Of a DNA stretch of 64,000 nt, positions 28,488 to 39,509 are shown piece after piece. The stretch spans positions 2,219 to 66,218 of the forward strand of contig CBFGJG010000006.1 in the NCBI GenBank assembly GCA_965649055.1, given 5' to 3'. The translations under genes were made by a program, and so were the position numbers. Source of the DNA: a candidate division WOR-3 bacterium. GTDB lineage: Bacteria > Hydrothermota > UBA3072 > B12-G15. Every line of letters begins with the position of its first letter. Positions within the stretch are counted from its first letter, which is position 1. The notes under the pieces were generated by a model. That model was not told where the DNA came from. It saw only the letters and a program-made list of their open reading frames with translations, and did not search any database.

Positions 28488-29945
28488 TTATATTTCTTCT
28501 TCGAAAATATTTCCGTTTGAGGTATAAATAATTTTTATTCTATCAACAGGCACTGTTATTTCTTCATTTATTTTCAAAGAAATCCTGTATTTCTTTACGA
28601 GTTCAAATAATCTTGAAATATTTTCTTTTTCAATTGAGCGATAAACAACCGGATTTAAAAAAACATTCACTGAATTTCTAATAATTGAATTTGCCCTTTT
28701 TGTTATCCATGTTTCAAGAACAGAAAGGACATAAGCCTTTGAATATACCGTTCCTTTCCCTGAACAGAAAGGACATTCTTCTATAAATTTCTTTGAGACA
28801 TTTTCCCTTATCCTTTTTCTTGTTAACTCAACCAAACCTAAAGGTGTAATGTCAATGATTTCTATCTTACTTCTGTCATTGCTCAAAAATTTTTTAAATT
28901 CCTTGAGCAGTTGGTTTTTACTTTTCTCATCAGGCATATCTATATAATCAACTATAATTATACCACCGATATCTCTAAGCCTTATCTGCCTTGCTATTTC
29001 TTTTGCAGCAAGAAGATTTGTTTCCATTATCATATTTTTTTGGTCTTTTTTACCGGAATATTTACCACTGTTCACATCAATCACATGCATAGCTTCGGTC
29101 TGGTCTATAACTATAAATCCTCCGTTTTTAAGCCAAACCTTCCTTCTAAAAATCTTCTCTAATTCTTTATTAATCTTAAAATGTTCAAATATGTCCTCTT
29201 CACCCGTGTAAAGTGTAATTTTATCTTTATAATTAACATTCTTTTCTTTTAGATAATTTACTATTTTTCTGTATGAATCCCTTGAATCAACGATCATCTC
29301 AGAATAATCAGGTAAAAAAAGGTCTCTTGTTATTTTTATTTCAAGTTCCTGTTCCCTCCTTAATGTGCATATATTATTAGTTCTATCAAATTTTTCTTTT
29401 ATCGCTTTCCATTCCTCATAAAGATTCTGTATTTCTTTTCTTATAATTTTTTCGTCAATACCTGAAGATGATGTCCTTAAAACAATACCCATTTTATGCG
29501 GTAATATTTTTTTTATAATCTGTGAAAGTCTTGATTTTTCTTCCTTATCCTTAATTTTCTTTGAAATACCAACTGTTTTTACCAGTGGCATAAGGACAAT
29601 ATATCTTCCCGGTATACTGATAGCCATTGTTAATCTCGAACCTTTTGTTCCATATGGCTCTTTTGTAATCTGGACAAGGACATATTCACCCACTTGGGGT
29701 TTTTTCCCATTTGTAAAATAATGATAATCATTTAAAGGGAGAAAACCATCTATCTCAAGACCGACATCTACAAATACACCCCTTAATTCCTCTCTTACTG
29801 CAGTTATCCTTCCTTTAACAATATTTCCTACAGGACTTGTGTACTGTTCACTCTCAATGTAAAATTCAACGAGTTCATCGTTCTCAAGAACACCAACTTT
29901 TACCTCATCGTTTTTTCTTGAAAGAAGTATTTTTCTATTTATCAT
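28488..29945 (-). CDS. rng: Ribonuclease G/E family endoribonuclease
   Basis: It has an S1 domain and the RNase E/G catalytic core (VIDVNSGKY). Confidence 0.8.
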   Translation of the reverse strand: MINRKILLSRKNDEVKVGVLENDELVEFYIESEQYTSPVGNIVKGRITAVREELRGVFVDVGLEIDGFLPLNDYHYFTNGKKPQVGEYVLVQITKEPYGTKGSRLTMAISIPGRYIVLMPLVKTVGISKKIKDKEEKSRLSQIIKKILPHKMGIVLRTSSSGIDEKIIRKEIQNLYEEWKAIKEKFDRTNNICTLRREQELEIKITRDLFLPDYSEMIVDSRDSYRKIVNYLKEKNVNYKDKITLYTGEEDIFEHFKINKELEKIFRRKVWLKNGGFIVIDQTEAMHVIDVNSGKYSGKKDQKNMIMETNLLAAKEIARQIRLRDIGGIIIVDYIDMPDEKSKNQLLKEFKKFLSNDRSKIEIIDITPLGLVELTRKRIRENVSKKFIEECPFCSGKGTVYSKAYVLSVLETWITKRANSIIRNSVNVFLNPVVYRSIEKENISRLFELVKKYRISLKINEEITVPVDRIKIIYTSNGNIFEEEI

Positions 29946-31699
29946 TCAAGTAAGAATTCTATCTCTTCTGATATCTCTCTGATAAAATCATCCCCCATAC
30001 CATCACCAAATCCGACATGCCTGAATTGAATAAAACCGTTTTTATCTATAAGGATAGTAGTAGGAACACCATAAACATCGTAGATATTTTTAATACTTCC
30101 AAGAAGGATATTTAATTTATATTCATTTTTTTTCAAGAATTCCTCAACATCTTTTTTATCTTCGTCAGTTATTCCAATAAAAACAACTTCTTTGTTTGTC
30201 CTGAATTTTTCAAAGATTATATTTAGATATGGGATTTCTTTCCTACAGGGTCCACACCATGTTGCCCAGAAGTTAATCAGAATAACCTTACCTTTAAAAT
30301 CACTGAATTTTATATTATTTCCATTTAGATCAACCGCCTCAAATTCTTTTGCCTTCAAATTTAGCATTTTTTTTCTTAAAACACTCTTTTTACCATCCAG
30401 AATATATTTTTCGAAATTATCCCCTTTATATATTTTCTTAAGTTTTTCAAGAACAGTACTATCTCTAACATCAGCATAATAGATAAGATAATACTCTTCT
30501 GCTTTATCATAAATCTTCAGATCATAATATATATCACCTACAAGTTTATATGGAGTTTTCACATCCATTGTCTCATTTTGAATTGATAGTTCTATAAATT
30601 TCTTTGCCTTTTTTAAGTTATTCAGACCATAATATGATTCTGCAATAAAAAAATAGATTTCACAGAGATCTCCTTTTTTACTTCTATCCCTGTATTCTTT
30701 ATTCTTATCCCAGTAAACCTTTTCAAAATAATCATCAGTGTATATATCAAGATTTTTTAAAGATAGCTTTAATGCATTTTTATAATCTTTATCTTTTTGT
30801 GTTAAATAATAAATATACCAGGTATTTACACCAACATCGTTCATCTTATATACACTATCAAAACTGATATACTTCTTTGTTTCTTCCCAGTCAAAATACT
30901 GAAACATTATAATTTGTATTGTTCTTTTAATACTTTTATCCTGGAATTCATAATTTGAATATAGTTCCAAAAGGTTTTTCTTTATCAAAGTATCCTTAAT
31001 GGAAAAATTTTTTAAAAGATAATAAAACATATAATCTGCTACAGGTTTAACTTTTATCTTCCAGACTTTTATACTATCTGATATTTCAGAAATATATTTT
31101 AAATCAATCTCTGATAGAAGGTCTATCATATATTGTGATTCAGGAAATCTCTTAATAAATTCCATTATTTCTTTATTATAATCTTTATTTTTTGAAATAA
31201 GGTATAAAATCTTCAAAGCCGAATACAGTTCAGTATCTTTCACATCATCATAAGTAATTTCGTATTTATCCCCTTTTTTCCTAGTTGCCCAGAATTCATA
31301 ATACCTTACCCATTTATTATCAGGATATTCTTTCTTTTCTTTCTCTAAATATTTAAATATCTTATCAAAGTCTTTTGTTTTGCTATTAAGTAGGTAATTT
31401 GCAAACTTCAGATTATTTCCTTTTCCTTTAAATACATATTCATATGGGATATCATTATCAGGTTCTCTATTTCCATCAATGTCTTCAAAAAAGAAGAGTA
31501 TAAATTCAGGATTATCTGGAATCTTCATTTTTAAATTATTGTTCCTTAAAATAGCAAAATCTGAATATGTTGTATCTTTTGTATGGATTTCATAGAATAT
31601 TTTGAGTCCTTTACTCTTTAAGGAACCATCGTATTTTATGAAAAGGTAAGAATCTTTTTCATTTACCTGAAACGCAATAAAAAAATATAAGAACATCAT
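29942..31699 (-). CDS. TlpA-like thioredoxin-family protein with a large N-terminal TPR-like domain
   Basis: The C-terminus carries FWATWCGPCRKEIPYL (a CxxC thioredoxin fold). The N-terminal ~430 aa resemble no family I recognise. Confidence 0.65.
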   Translation of the reverse strand: MMFLYFFIAFQVNEKDSYLFIKYDGSLKSKGLKIFYEIHTKDTTYSDFAILRNNNLKMKIPDNPEFILFFFEDIDGNREPDNDIPYEYVFKGKGNNLKFANYLLNSKTKDFDKIFKYLEKEKKEYPDNKWVRYYEFWATRKKGDKYEITYDDVKDTELYSALKILYLISKNKDYNKEIMEFIKRFPESQYMIDLLSEIDLKYISEISDSIKVWKIKVKPVADYMFYYLLKNFSIKDTLIKKNLLELYSNYEFQDKSIKRTIQIIMFQYFDWEETKKYISFDSVYKMNDVGVNTWYIYYLTQKDKDYKNALKLSLKNLDIYTDDYFEKVYWDKNKEYRDRSKKGDLCEIYFFIAESYYGLNNLKKAKKFIELSIQNETMDVKTPYKLVGDIYYDLKIYDKAEEYYLIYYADVRDSTVLEKLKKIYKGDNFEKYILDGKKSVLRKKMLNLKAKEFEAVDLNGNNIKFSDFKGKVILINFWATWCGPCRKEIPYLNIIFEKFRTNKEVVFIGITDEDKKDVEEFLKKNEYKLNILLGSIKNIYDVYGVPTTILIDKNGFIQFRHVGFGDGMGDDFIREISEEIEFLLE

Positions 31700-31739
31700 A
31701 TTAAATTATTAAACAATTATTAAAGAATGTCAATAAAAA

Positions 31740-32726
31740 CTAATCAAAAAAATTTATCCTTGCCCCCCAAAAGTTGTTGGGATTTTTAAGTGTATCTATT
31801 TCGAGAATATAATATAAATTCAAACCATAAATCCTCATTAGAAGATTAAAAGAATTACTATACTTTGTTCTTGTAAACATTATTTTTGGTTCAATTCTAT
31901 CATACCAGAATTTTTTTGAAATATGTGTCTGAAGAATCCAATCCTTATCAGAGTTTGTAATAAGTTTAATAGAAAAATTATCAAATTCAATATTTGAAAT
32001 AAAATATGGCAATTTTTTCTTTATATTATATCCTGTTTCAAATGATATAAAATCAGATTTAAACCCTAATCCCAATTCTTTAGAAATTAACATATAAACG
32101 GCTTTATCAACATCAAGAAGGTACAATGGAGAGATAAAAAAATCTATTTTATTGTTCAGGTAAATATGTGCTATAAAAATTGGTTTTTTGATGTAAAAAT
32201 ATGAGTATAAACCTATTGTATCATTTACATAGGTGAGCATAAAATTTCTAAAAATTCCATAAATAATGTGATTGTTTATGTTGTATGAAATACCAAGGTA
32301 TTTAGAAAAAAATGTAAAACCTATTTTATCAACAATCTTTATTCCTGAAAAAATATACGGGTTATCGTAATATAAAAGAAATCTTGAATAGTTTTTCTCA
32401 TCAAAACTCATAAAATTAAAATTGAAATTTAATAACGAAACAGGTCTTTCAAAATAAAACGAAATCCCTTTAGATTCTCCATTTATGAATTCAATCGAGC
32501 TCCTTATTGAATCACTAAAGTTATCAGATAAAAAAAATTTCTCATAAGGGTATAAAAAATTTCTTCTTAAATAAGAAATTTTGTAAGTCGGATTCAATCT
32601 TGTTTCTAACAATAAAAAATAAGAATAATATGTATTCTGTGAGGATAATTTTAATCTATCAATGTAAAATTCAGTCTGAAAAAATGGATTTTGAATTTCT
32701 AATAATTCAAGCCAGATTCCTATCAT
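31740..32726 (-). CDS. Hypothetical protein, possibly an outer-membrane beta-barrel
   Basis: It is rich in Y/F/N, shows an alternating hydrophobic pattern and ends in an aromatic-rich tail (...RINFFD). Confidence 0.4.
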   Translation of the reverse strand: MIGIWLELLEIQNPFFQTEFYIDRLKLSSQNTYYSYFLLLETRLNPTYKISYLRRNFLYPYEKFFLSDNFSDSIRSSIEFINGESKGISFYFERPVSLLNFNFNFMSFDEKNYSRFLLYYDNPYIFSGIKIVDKIGFTFFSKYLGISYNINNHIIYGIFRNFMLTYVNDTIGLYSYFYIKKPIFIAHIYLNNKIDFFISPLYLLDVDKAVYMLISKELGLGFKSDFISFETGYNIKKKLPYFISNIEFDNFSIKLITNSDKDWILQTHISKKFWYDRIEPKIMFTRTKYSNSFNLLMRIYGLNLYYILEIDTLKNPNNFWGARINFFD

Positions 32727-34006
32727 TCAGAACAGATAACCTCTGCTGTAATCTTCTTCTCAAGGTATCTCCGTGCATAGGATAATGGAATACCTGTTAT
32801 AACAATCTTGTATTTTCCAGGTGGAACAAGTTTACCATCATTATAATCACCAGCCCAGACAATATAATGTTCTCCCTGCTCTTCAAAAAGGGTCTTGTAA
32901 AATTTGTTAACCAGTTCACCCTTTTCGTTAAAGATATCTATGTTAATCCTTGCAGGTTGTGTGGTAAAATAATATATAGTTGTCCCAGCTCCTGGTTTGA
33001 ATACATATGGTCTTATATCCCTTATCCATATATCAAGACCTATCCAGAAATATTGTATACTCCAGGAATCTTGAATAAATATCTGATTAAATCTTCTCAA
33101 TACAGTTATACCTTTGGGCTTTATAAATTCACCATCATTCTTACCTTTTCTTCCAAAGGAAGTAAGGTATTTTAATTTCTCTGTGAATATATGAACACAG
33201 TGATTTTTTGAATCCGTAACATAAACAGTTCCATAACTATCTATACCTATTCTCTCAAAATATGCATCTTTAAGACCAATATCAATAAAGTTTATAGAAT
33301 TGATTTTCTGACCGTAAGTTGTTAAAAGGTTAATCCTTTTATTTTCATCGTCGATCACATAAAGATAATCCCTTTTATCCCTGTAATAAGAATCGTATGA
33401 GGACCTTGCAAAAATAGCCCTTGGGGAAGAAAAGTCTCCTATCTCCATTATGAATACACCATTTGTATCAAAGACTTGAACCCTGTTATTCATTTCGTCA
33501 GAAACAAATATCTCGTTTCTTTCTGTTATTGATATGTCATAAGGCATATTAAAACATCCTTGTATAATCCCAAATTTCCCAAAACTTTTTTCATACATAA
33601 GTTTCCTTCCATCAAATTTGAACTTCACAATCCTTGAATTCATTCTATCAACAACAAATACAGAACCGTTTTTTAATGCATAAATACCAGATGGATTCCA
33701 CAATCTTTCTTCTTTATTATCTCCTTCTTCATAAACACCAAAACTTGTGAATCCTATATTGTAATAGATTTTTGAATCATTTATAAAAACGAGAAAAATT
33801 GTTGGCTCGTCATCATCACTGTTTGTCTTTGGATCGTCAAGGAAATCAAATTTTACCCCGAATATTATATCTGGGTCAGATAAATCTATTGTTTTACCTG
33901 TTATCATCTTCATATAAGAAAGTGTCCCTCTATTTATACCCATTGTATGTGTGAAAGGTGGGTATACTAATGAAGTCTGTTCAATTGCGATTATGAGGAG
34001 TAGCAT
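32723..34006 (-). CDS. NHL-repeat (six-bladed beta-propeller) protein
   Basis: It has repeated NHL motifs (IFVSDEMNNRVQVF, VYVTDSKNHCVHIF, LYVIDDENKRINLL). Confidence 0.65.
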   Translation of the reverse strand: MLLLIIAIEQTSLVYPPFTHTMGINRGTLSYMKMITGKTIDLSDPDIIFGVKFDFLDDPKTNSDDDEPTIFLVFINDSKIYYNIGFTSFGVYEEGDNKEERLWNPSGIYALKNGSVFVVDRMNSRIVKFKFDGRKLMYEKSFGKFGIIQGCFNMPYDISITERNEIFVSDEMNNRVQVFDTNGVFIMEIGDFSSPRAIFARSSYDSYYRDKRDYLYVIDDENKRINLLTTYGQKINSINFIDIGLKDAYFERIGIDSYGTVYVTDSKNHCVHIFTEKLKYLTSFGRKGKNDGEFIKPKGITVLRRFNQIFIQDSWSIQYFWIGLDIWIRDIRPYVFKPGAGTTIYYFTTQPARINIDIFNEKGELVNKFYKTLFEEQGEHYIVWAGDYNDGKLVPPGKYKIVITGIPLSYARRYLEKKITAEVICSE

Positions 34007-34451
34007 TTGATTCCAAAAAATAAGATATCAATCCTATTAAAAGACCAATTGATACAGCAGCATCAGCAATATTATAGGTTGCCCATCTGTATCCTTTTAT
34101 ACCCATATCAATAAAATCAGTAACTTCTCTGAATAAAATCCTGTCTATTATATTGCCTATAGCACCACCCAATATTAATGATAATGCTATAAGGAAAAGC
34201 ATTTCTTTAGATTTTATAAAAAGATAAATAACAAAAATAAAGGCAATACTTGTTAAAATCAGTGATATTTTAGGACCACCAATATTTATACCCCATATTA
34301 TATTGGGATTCCTTACATATGTAAACCTAAGATAATCACCAATTATATTTCTTGTTTCAAATAGATTAAATGAATTCCTTATAATATTCTTTGTAATCTG
34401 ATCAATCACTACTACTATAAATGTTATTATTAAAAGAAGATATTTTTTCAT
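33981..34451 (-). CDS. lspA: Lipoprotein signal peptidase II
   Basis: It has 4 TM segments and the conserved GNIIDRI and FNIADAAVSIG blocks. It lies next to ileS, which is the classical synteny. Confidence 0.85.
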   Translation of the reverse strand: MKKYLLLIITFIVVVIDQITKNIIRNSFNLFETRNIIGDYLRFTYVRNPNIIWGINIGGPKISLILTSIAFIFVIYLFIKSKEMLFLIALSLILGGAIGNIIDRILFREVTDFIDMGIKGYRWATYNIADAAVSIGLLIGLISYFLESNATPHNRN

Positions 34452-34813
34452 CCCTCAAGCATCTCTGCACATTTCAAACAATACTTTGAGAATGGGAGTG
34501 CCTTCAGTCTTGCCATACTTATATCTTTTCCGCAATTTTCACATTTACCATAGGTTTTATTTCTTATTTTATCCAATGCATATTCAATATCCCTCAATTT
34601 TTCACTCAGTCTTGAGTACATCTCAGCGTTGTTTTCCCTAATCTCCTCATCCGTCCCAAGGTCTGATGGGTGAATAGGATAAGGATTTGTCTCAGATGAA
34701 GAATCAATTGGATTTTCATCTATTTTTTCCTCAAGTTCTTTCAACTCTGCAATTAATTCTTTTTTCAAATTCAAAAGAATTTTTTGGAATTTTTTTAGTT
34801 CAGTTGTTCTCAT
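34448..34813 (-). CDS. DksA/TraR-family C4 zinc-finger protein
   Basis: It has a coiled-coil region and the C-terminal CENCGKDISMARLKALPFSKYCLKC motif. Confidence 0.75.
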   Translation of the reverse strand: MRTTELKKFQKILLNLKKELIAELKELEEKIDENPIDSSSETNPYPIHPSDLGTDEEIRENNAEMYSRLSEKLRDIEYALDKIRNKTYGKCENCGKDISMARLKALPFSKYCLKCAEMLEG

Positions 34814-37526
34814 AATCTCCTCTTCTTATAACATCTGCACATTTTGAACATAATGTTGAATGTTCATTATCAATACCTACTGTTTCACTGTAAACCCAAC
34901 ATCTCTCACATTTATTACCATCTGCCTTAACAACGCAATATTCACCAAACTCACCTTTGTAAGTATAATTCCCATAAAATTTATCACCAATCTCAACCTG
35001 TGAGACAATAAAAATTTCAGGGAGATATTCTTTATATCTATCGAGCAATCCTCTATCACCATTCACAATTATTTTTGCCTCAAGTGAATTTCCGATAAAT
35101 CCATCTCTCCTTGCATTTTCCATAGGTTTCTGAAGCTCTTCTTTCATTTTGAGTATCTTTTCGAATTCATTTATGAATTCTTCCTCTTCTTTGCTAATCT
35201 CCCTGAAAACAGGAAAATCTTCAAGGAATACACTCTCTTCTCTTTTCCCGTTAAAATACCCGTATGCTTCTTCTGAAGTGAAAGAAAGTATTGGAGAAAG
35301 TGATATAATTAGTTTTTTTAGGACATTATATAAAACATATTGCGCACATCTTCTTCCCTTAGAATTCTTTCCCCAGGTGTATAATCTATCTTTCAATATA
35401 TCAAGATAGAAAGATGAAAGTTCATTTGTTATAAAATTCAATATATTTCTATAAACCCTGAAGAAGAGAAAATTTTCATAATCTTTTTCTATATCTTTCA
35501 TAAGCAATTCCAACTTTAAAAGTATATATCTATCCTGTGGGAATAAATCTCCTTCATCTATTTTAATTTCTTCATTGAAATCGCTTGTATTACCCAATAA
35601 GAACCTTATTGTATTTCTTATCTTTCTATAACTATCAACAAGTCTTTGGAGTATCTCGTCACCAAGCCTTACATCCTGAGTGTATTCAATTGATAGTGCC
35701 CAGAGCCTCAGGATTTCAGCACCGAATTTTTTTATTATCTCTTCGGGCTGGATAACATTACCAAGTGATTTATGCATAGTTCTATATTCTTCATCAAGAA
35801 CCCAACCATGTGTAATAACATTTTTATAAGGTGGTTCACCTTTTATGATCATTGATACCATTAAAGAAGAATTGAACCAACCTCTATGCTGGTCAGGCCC
35901 TTCAAGGTATACATCGGAAGGCCATTCTTTTTCATCAAGAACAACAATACTTGTTATCCCTGAATCAAACCAGACATCAAGAATATCTGTTTCTTTCCTG
36001 AATTTTCTTCCACTACATTTTTTACATTTTGTTCCTTCAGGGATTAGATTCTCACTTGGTTCTTCAAACCATACATCCGAGTTTTTCTCAATAAATTTTT
36101 TAGAGACATATCTTATAACATCTGGTTCAAGTAGGACCTCACCACAATCTTCGCAATAGAACGCAGGGATATTAACCCCCCAAACCCTTTGTCTTGATAA
36201 ACACCAATCAGGCCTTTCCTTAACAGAAGCATATATCCTGTTTATACTTTCTTCTGGATGCCACTTAACTTTTTCTATTGCCTTTAATGCCTTTTCCCTT
36301 AAATTGTTATGCTCAACCGATAAGAACCATTGATCTGTTGCCCTGAAGATTAGTGGTGTTTTACATCTCCAGCATCTTGGATATGAATGTTCAATGGTTT
36401 CACTTAATATAAGACTTTTCTTCTCTTTAAGGATATTTATTACCTTCTCAGATGCTTCATCGGTTGAAAGACCCTTAAAATCAGGTGCTTCTTCTGTGAA
36501 TCTTCCCTTTGTATCAACAGGTGATATGACCGGAAGATTGTATTTTTTCCCAACCTCATAGTCTTCCCTTCCATGACCTGGGGCAATATGGACAATACCT
36601 GTTCCATCTTCTGTGGATACAAAATCACCGAGGATAACAGGGGAAATTCTATCCAAGAATGGATGTTGAAATTTTAATCCTTCAAGTTCAGCTCCTCTAA
36701 ATTCCTTTATCTTTTTTATATTATCAAATTTCAATTTTTCTTTTAAGGTGTCAAGTAAAGCCTCTGCAAAAAGTAATTTCTCTCCATTAACTTCTACAAC
36801 ATTATAAATTATATGTGGATTCACAGCAAGAGCAACATTTGATATGATTGTCCATGGTGTTGTTGTCCATACAAGTGCATTGAATTCTGAACCTTCCATT
36901 GTGAAATATATAGATGGTGAAGGCAATATCTTATATTCAATCTCGGATAATGCAAGTGCAGTTTCACAATTCCCACACCAGTGAACAGGCATAAAACCCC
37001 TGTAAACAAAACCCTTCTCAACAATATCAGCAAAAAGTTCGAGTTCTTTTCCTTCAAATTGCGGGCTCATCGTAAGATATGGATTATCCCAGTCACCGAG
37101 AACACCAAGCCTGATGAATTCTTTCTTCTGAATCTCTACCCATTTCATTGCAAAATCCCTGCATTTTCTTCTTATATAAAGAATATCTTTTTCTTTACCA
37201 ACTTCTTCTACAACCTTTCTTTCTATCGGCATTCCATGGTTATCCCAACCAGGAATATAAGGGGTATAATAACCTTTTAATGAATAAAATTTATTTATAG
37301 CATCTTTTAGTATCTTGTTCAAAGCCTGACCAAGATGAATGTTACCATTAGAATATGGTGGTCCATCATGAAGAATAAATTTTTTATTATTTTTTCTCTT
37401 TGAAATCATTTTTTCATATATTTTTGCTTCTTCCCATTTTTTCAAAATTAAGGGTTCTCTTTTAACAAGGTCAGCCTTCATTGGGAAGTCTGTTTTTGGA
37501 AGATTTATTGTATTTTTATAGTTCAC
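34800..37526 (-). CDS. ileS: Isoleucyl-tRNA synthetase
   Basis: It has the HIGH-region variant (PYSNGNIHLGQ), KMSKS (KSLGNV), the editing domain and C-terminal zinc-binding Cys residues. It is 908 aa long. Confidence 0.9.
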   Translation of the reverse strand: MNYKNTINLPKTDFPMKADLVKREPLILKKWEEAKIYEKMISKRKNNKKFILHDGPPYSNGNIHLGQALNKILKDAINKFYSLKGYYTPYIPGWDNHGMPIERKVVEEVGKEKDILYIRRKCRDFAMKWVEIQKKEFIRLGVLGDWDNPYLTMSPQFEGKELELFADIVEKGFVYRGFMPVHWCGNCETALALSEIEYKILPSPSIYFTMEGSEFNALVWTTTPWTIISNVALAVNPHIIYNVVEVNGEKLLFAEALLDTLKEKLKFDNIKKIKEFRGAELEGLKFQHPFLDRISPVILGDFVSTEDGTGIVHIAPGHGREDYEVGKKYNLPVISPVDTKGRFTEEAPDFKGLSTDEASEKVINILKEKKSLILSETIEHSYPRCWRCKTPLIFRATDQWFLSVEHNNLREKALKAIEKVKWHPEESINRIYASVKERPDWCLSRQRVWGVNIPAFYCEDCGEVLLEPDVIRYVSKKFIEKNSDVWFEEPSENLIPEGTKCKKCSGRKFRKETDILDVWFDSGITSIVVLDEKEWPSDVYLEGPDQHRGWFNSSLMVSMIIKGEPPYKNVITHGWVLDEEYRTMHKSLGNVIQPEEIIKKFGAEILRLWALSIEYTQDVRLGDEILQRLVDSYRKIRNTIRFLLGNTSDFNEEIKIDEGDLFPQDRYILLKLELLMKDIEKDYENFLFFRVYRNILNFITNELSSFYLDILKDRLYTWGKNSKGRRCAQYVLYNVLKKLIISLSPILSFTSEEAYGYFNGKREESVFLEDFPVFREISKEEEEFINEFEKILKMKEELQKPMENARRDGFIGNSLEAKIIVNGDRGLLDRYKEYLPEIFIVSQVEIGDKFYGNYTYKGEFGEYCVVKADGNKCERCWVYSETVGIDNEHSTLCSKCADVIRRGDYENN

Positions 37527-38232
37527 TCTTACCCTCTAACATATTGAGATATGAACTGAGTTTAGTATTCGTTGGGTCAAGTTTATGCCCTTCTTCCCAG
37601 ATTTCCTTTGCCTTCTTTATATCACCCCTCTTATAATAACATCTTCCGAGTAAAAGGTAAGCAGCAACAAAATCGTTCTTTCTTTTTATAAGGTCTTCAA
37701 GTATGTTTATAGCCTCGGTAAGTTCACCTTTTTCACTCAAGGCTTTTGCAAGATAAAAGCTCAAATCAGGAAAATCCGGGGTTAACCTCAAAGCCTTCCT
37801 GAATTCATCAACTGCTTCTTCGAACATTTTAATTTCTATATACAACAATCCTATATCTTTATGAAGATTTGATATCTTTGCCTTAGCTGAAAAACCTATT
37901 TCCTTTTCTGTTTTACTTTTTGAGATTTCAAGTTCTTCAACTATAGCAAATTCCTTATTAGCCTCTTCTATCTTTCCCATTAAACTGTATGTTAATCCAA
38001 GATTAACATGTGCTTCTATGTATTTTGGATTAAGTTCTATTGATTTAATAAAAGACTTCACTGCCTCATCATATCTTCCCAATAATGATAAAGCAGCTCC
38101 TGTATAATTATGAACATCTGCATAATCAGGATTATTTTTTGCAGCTATTTGAAGATAATAAAGTGCTTCGTTTGCTTTACCATCATTTATAAGTGTTTTT
38201 GCTTTTGCTATAAGGTTTCTTATTTCATCCAT
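37516..38232 (-). CDS. TPR-repeat protein
   Basis: It has about six TPR motifs. It overlaps ileS by 11 nt and has its own promoter. Confidence 0.7.
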   Translation of the reverse strand: MDEIRNLIAKAKTLINDGKANEALYYLQIAAKNNPDYADVHNYTGAALSLLGRYDEAVKSFIKSIELNPKYIEAHVNLGLTYSLMGKIEEANKEFAIVEELEISKSKTEKEIGFSAKAKISNLHKDIGLLYIEIKMFEEAVDEFRKALRLTPDFPDLSFYLAKALSEKGELTEAINILEDLIKRKNDFVAAYLLLGRCYYKRGDIKKAKEIWEEGHKLDPTNTKLSSYLNMLEGKSEL

Positions 38233-38254
38233 TTTTTACTCCTGTGTTTTAGAA

Positions 38255-38282
38255 AATATAAAAACTTTTTTTATATTGTCAA
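38255..38282 (-). promoter_or_regulatory. Sigma70-like promoter of the TPR-ileS-dksA-lspA operon
   Basis: On the minus strand TTGACA is followed by a 16-nt spacer and TATATT. An AGGAG RBS precedes the ATG at 38232. Confidence 0.4.
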
Positions 38283-38288
38283 GTTTTT

Positions 38289-39509
38289 TCATCTTTTAAA
38301 AGGTGACCAAGCAGGTGAGTAAACTTCAAATCTTTCAAATAATTTTTTCTGCCTTGTTCCGTTCCAGTTCATTGTCCATAATTCATATTTTCCATCCCTA
38401 TCGGAAATAAAAACAATATGTAAACCATCTGGTGAAAATGATGGTTCTTCATTGTTCCCCCTGTATGTAAGCCTCATAGGATAAAAATTATTGGGGTCTG
38501 TAATATAAATCTGCTGTGTATTATCTTTCTCTCTTGAAACATAAGCAATCAGATTCCCCCTTGGTGACCATGCAGGTGAAGTATTGTAATCACCATAAAA
38601 AGTCAATCTCCTTGTATTACTTCCATCCACATCCATAACATATATCTGTGGTGTTCCCGACCTGTCAGACACAAATGCAATCTCTCTACCATTAGGTGAA
38701 AAACTTGGAGAACAATCTATTGCATTGTTAAATGTTAATCTCAAGAGTTTATTATTTTTAATATTGTATAAATAAAGTTCTGCGTTCCCATCCTTTGTCA
38801 TAGTTAGACAGACATTCTCTCCATCAGGTGAGAAAGACGGAGAATAATTCAGACCTGTATATGAAAAAAGATTATCTATCTTTCCTGTTTCGATATCATA
38901 TAGATTAAGGCTAAGTCTGTCTATCATATAATTTGAGAAAAGTATATACTTTCCAAATCTATCCCATTCTGGAAAAAGATTAAGATTTCCGTTGTCTGTA
39001 ATTTCCCTGAAGTTTTCACCATCGTAATCTATTATACCTAATTCTTTACCCCTGCCTTTCCTGTAAGAAAAAACTATCTTCGTTGTAGAAATACCCTTTT
39101 CACCAGTTATTGTCCAGATAATATCATCTGAAATTTTATGTGCTAATTCTCTTATTTCTCCTTTTATGTATGTTTTTTCAAATATGATTGAATTAGAAGA
39201 AAAATCTTTAAGATAAACCTTTACTTCTTTATCTCTCATTTCACCATAAAGAATCACGGCAGATCTTTCTTTAGTAACACTCAAAAACAAAGTATCCCTG
39301 AATATATCAAAATAAAGTGAGTAATCAAGGTCCTGCTGTATAACAAGAGAAAGAATATCCCTTTCTTTAAAGATATTTTCGCTGTTCGATAAAACCTTAA
39401 AATCTTGAATAACAATCTTAGTCTTACCAAGCGAATAATCTGTCAATCTAAGATAAACTTCCTGTGAAAAAATAATTAGCGGGAAAATAAACAAAAATAT
39501 CTTTCTCAT
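38289..39509 (-). CDS. tolB: TolB periplasmic beta-propeller protein
   Basis: It has repeated PD40 motifs (PSFSPDG, PAWSPRG, PSFSPNG) and a signal peptide. Confidence 0.85.
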   Translation of the reverse strand: MRKIFLFIFPLIIFSQEVYLRLTDYSLGKTKIVIQDFKVLSNSENIFKERDILSLVIQQDLDYSLYFDIFRDTLFLSVTKERSAVILYGEMRDKEVKVYLKDFSSNSIIFEKTYIKGEIRELAHKISDDIIWTITGEKGISTTKIVFSYRKGRGKELGIIDYDGENFREITDNGNLNLFPEWDRFGKYILFSNYMIDRLSLNLYDIETGKIDNLFSYTGLNYSPSFSPDGENVCLTMTKDGNAELYLYNIKNNKLLRLTFNNAIDCSPSFSPNGREIAFVSDRSGTPQIYVMDVDGSNTRRLTFYGDYNTSPAWSPRGNLIAYVSREKDNTQQIYITDPNNFYPMRLTYRGNNEEPSFSPDGLHIVFISDRDGKYELWTMNWNGTRQKKLFERFEVYSPAWSPFKR

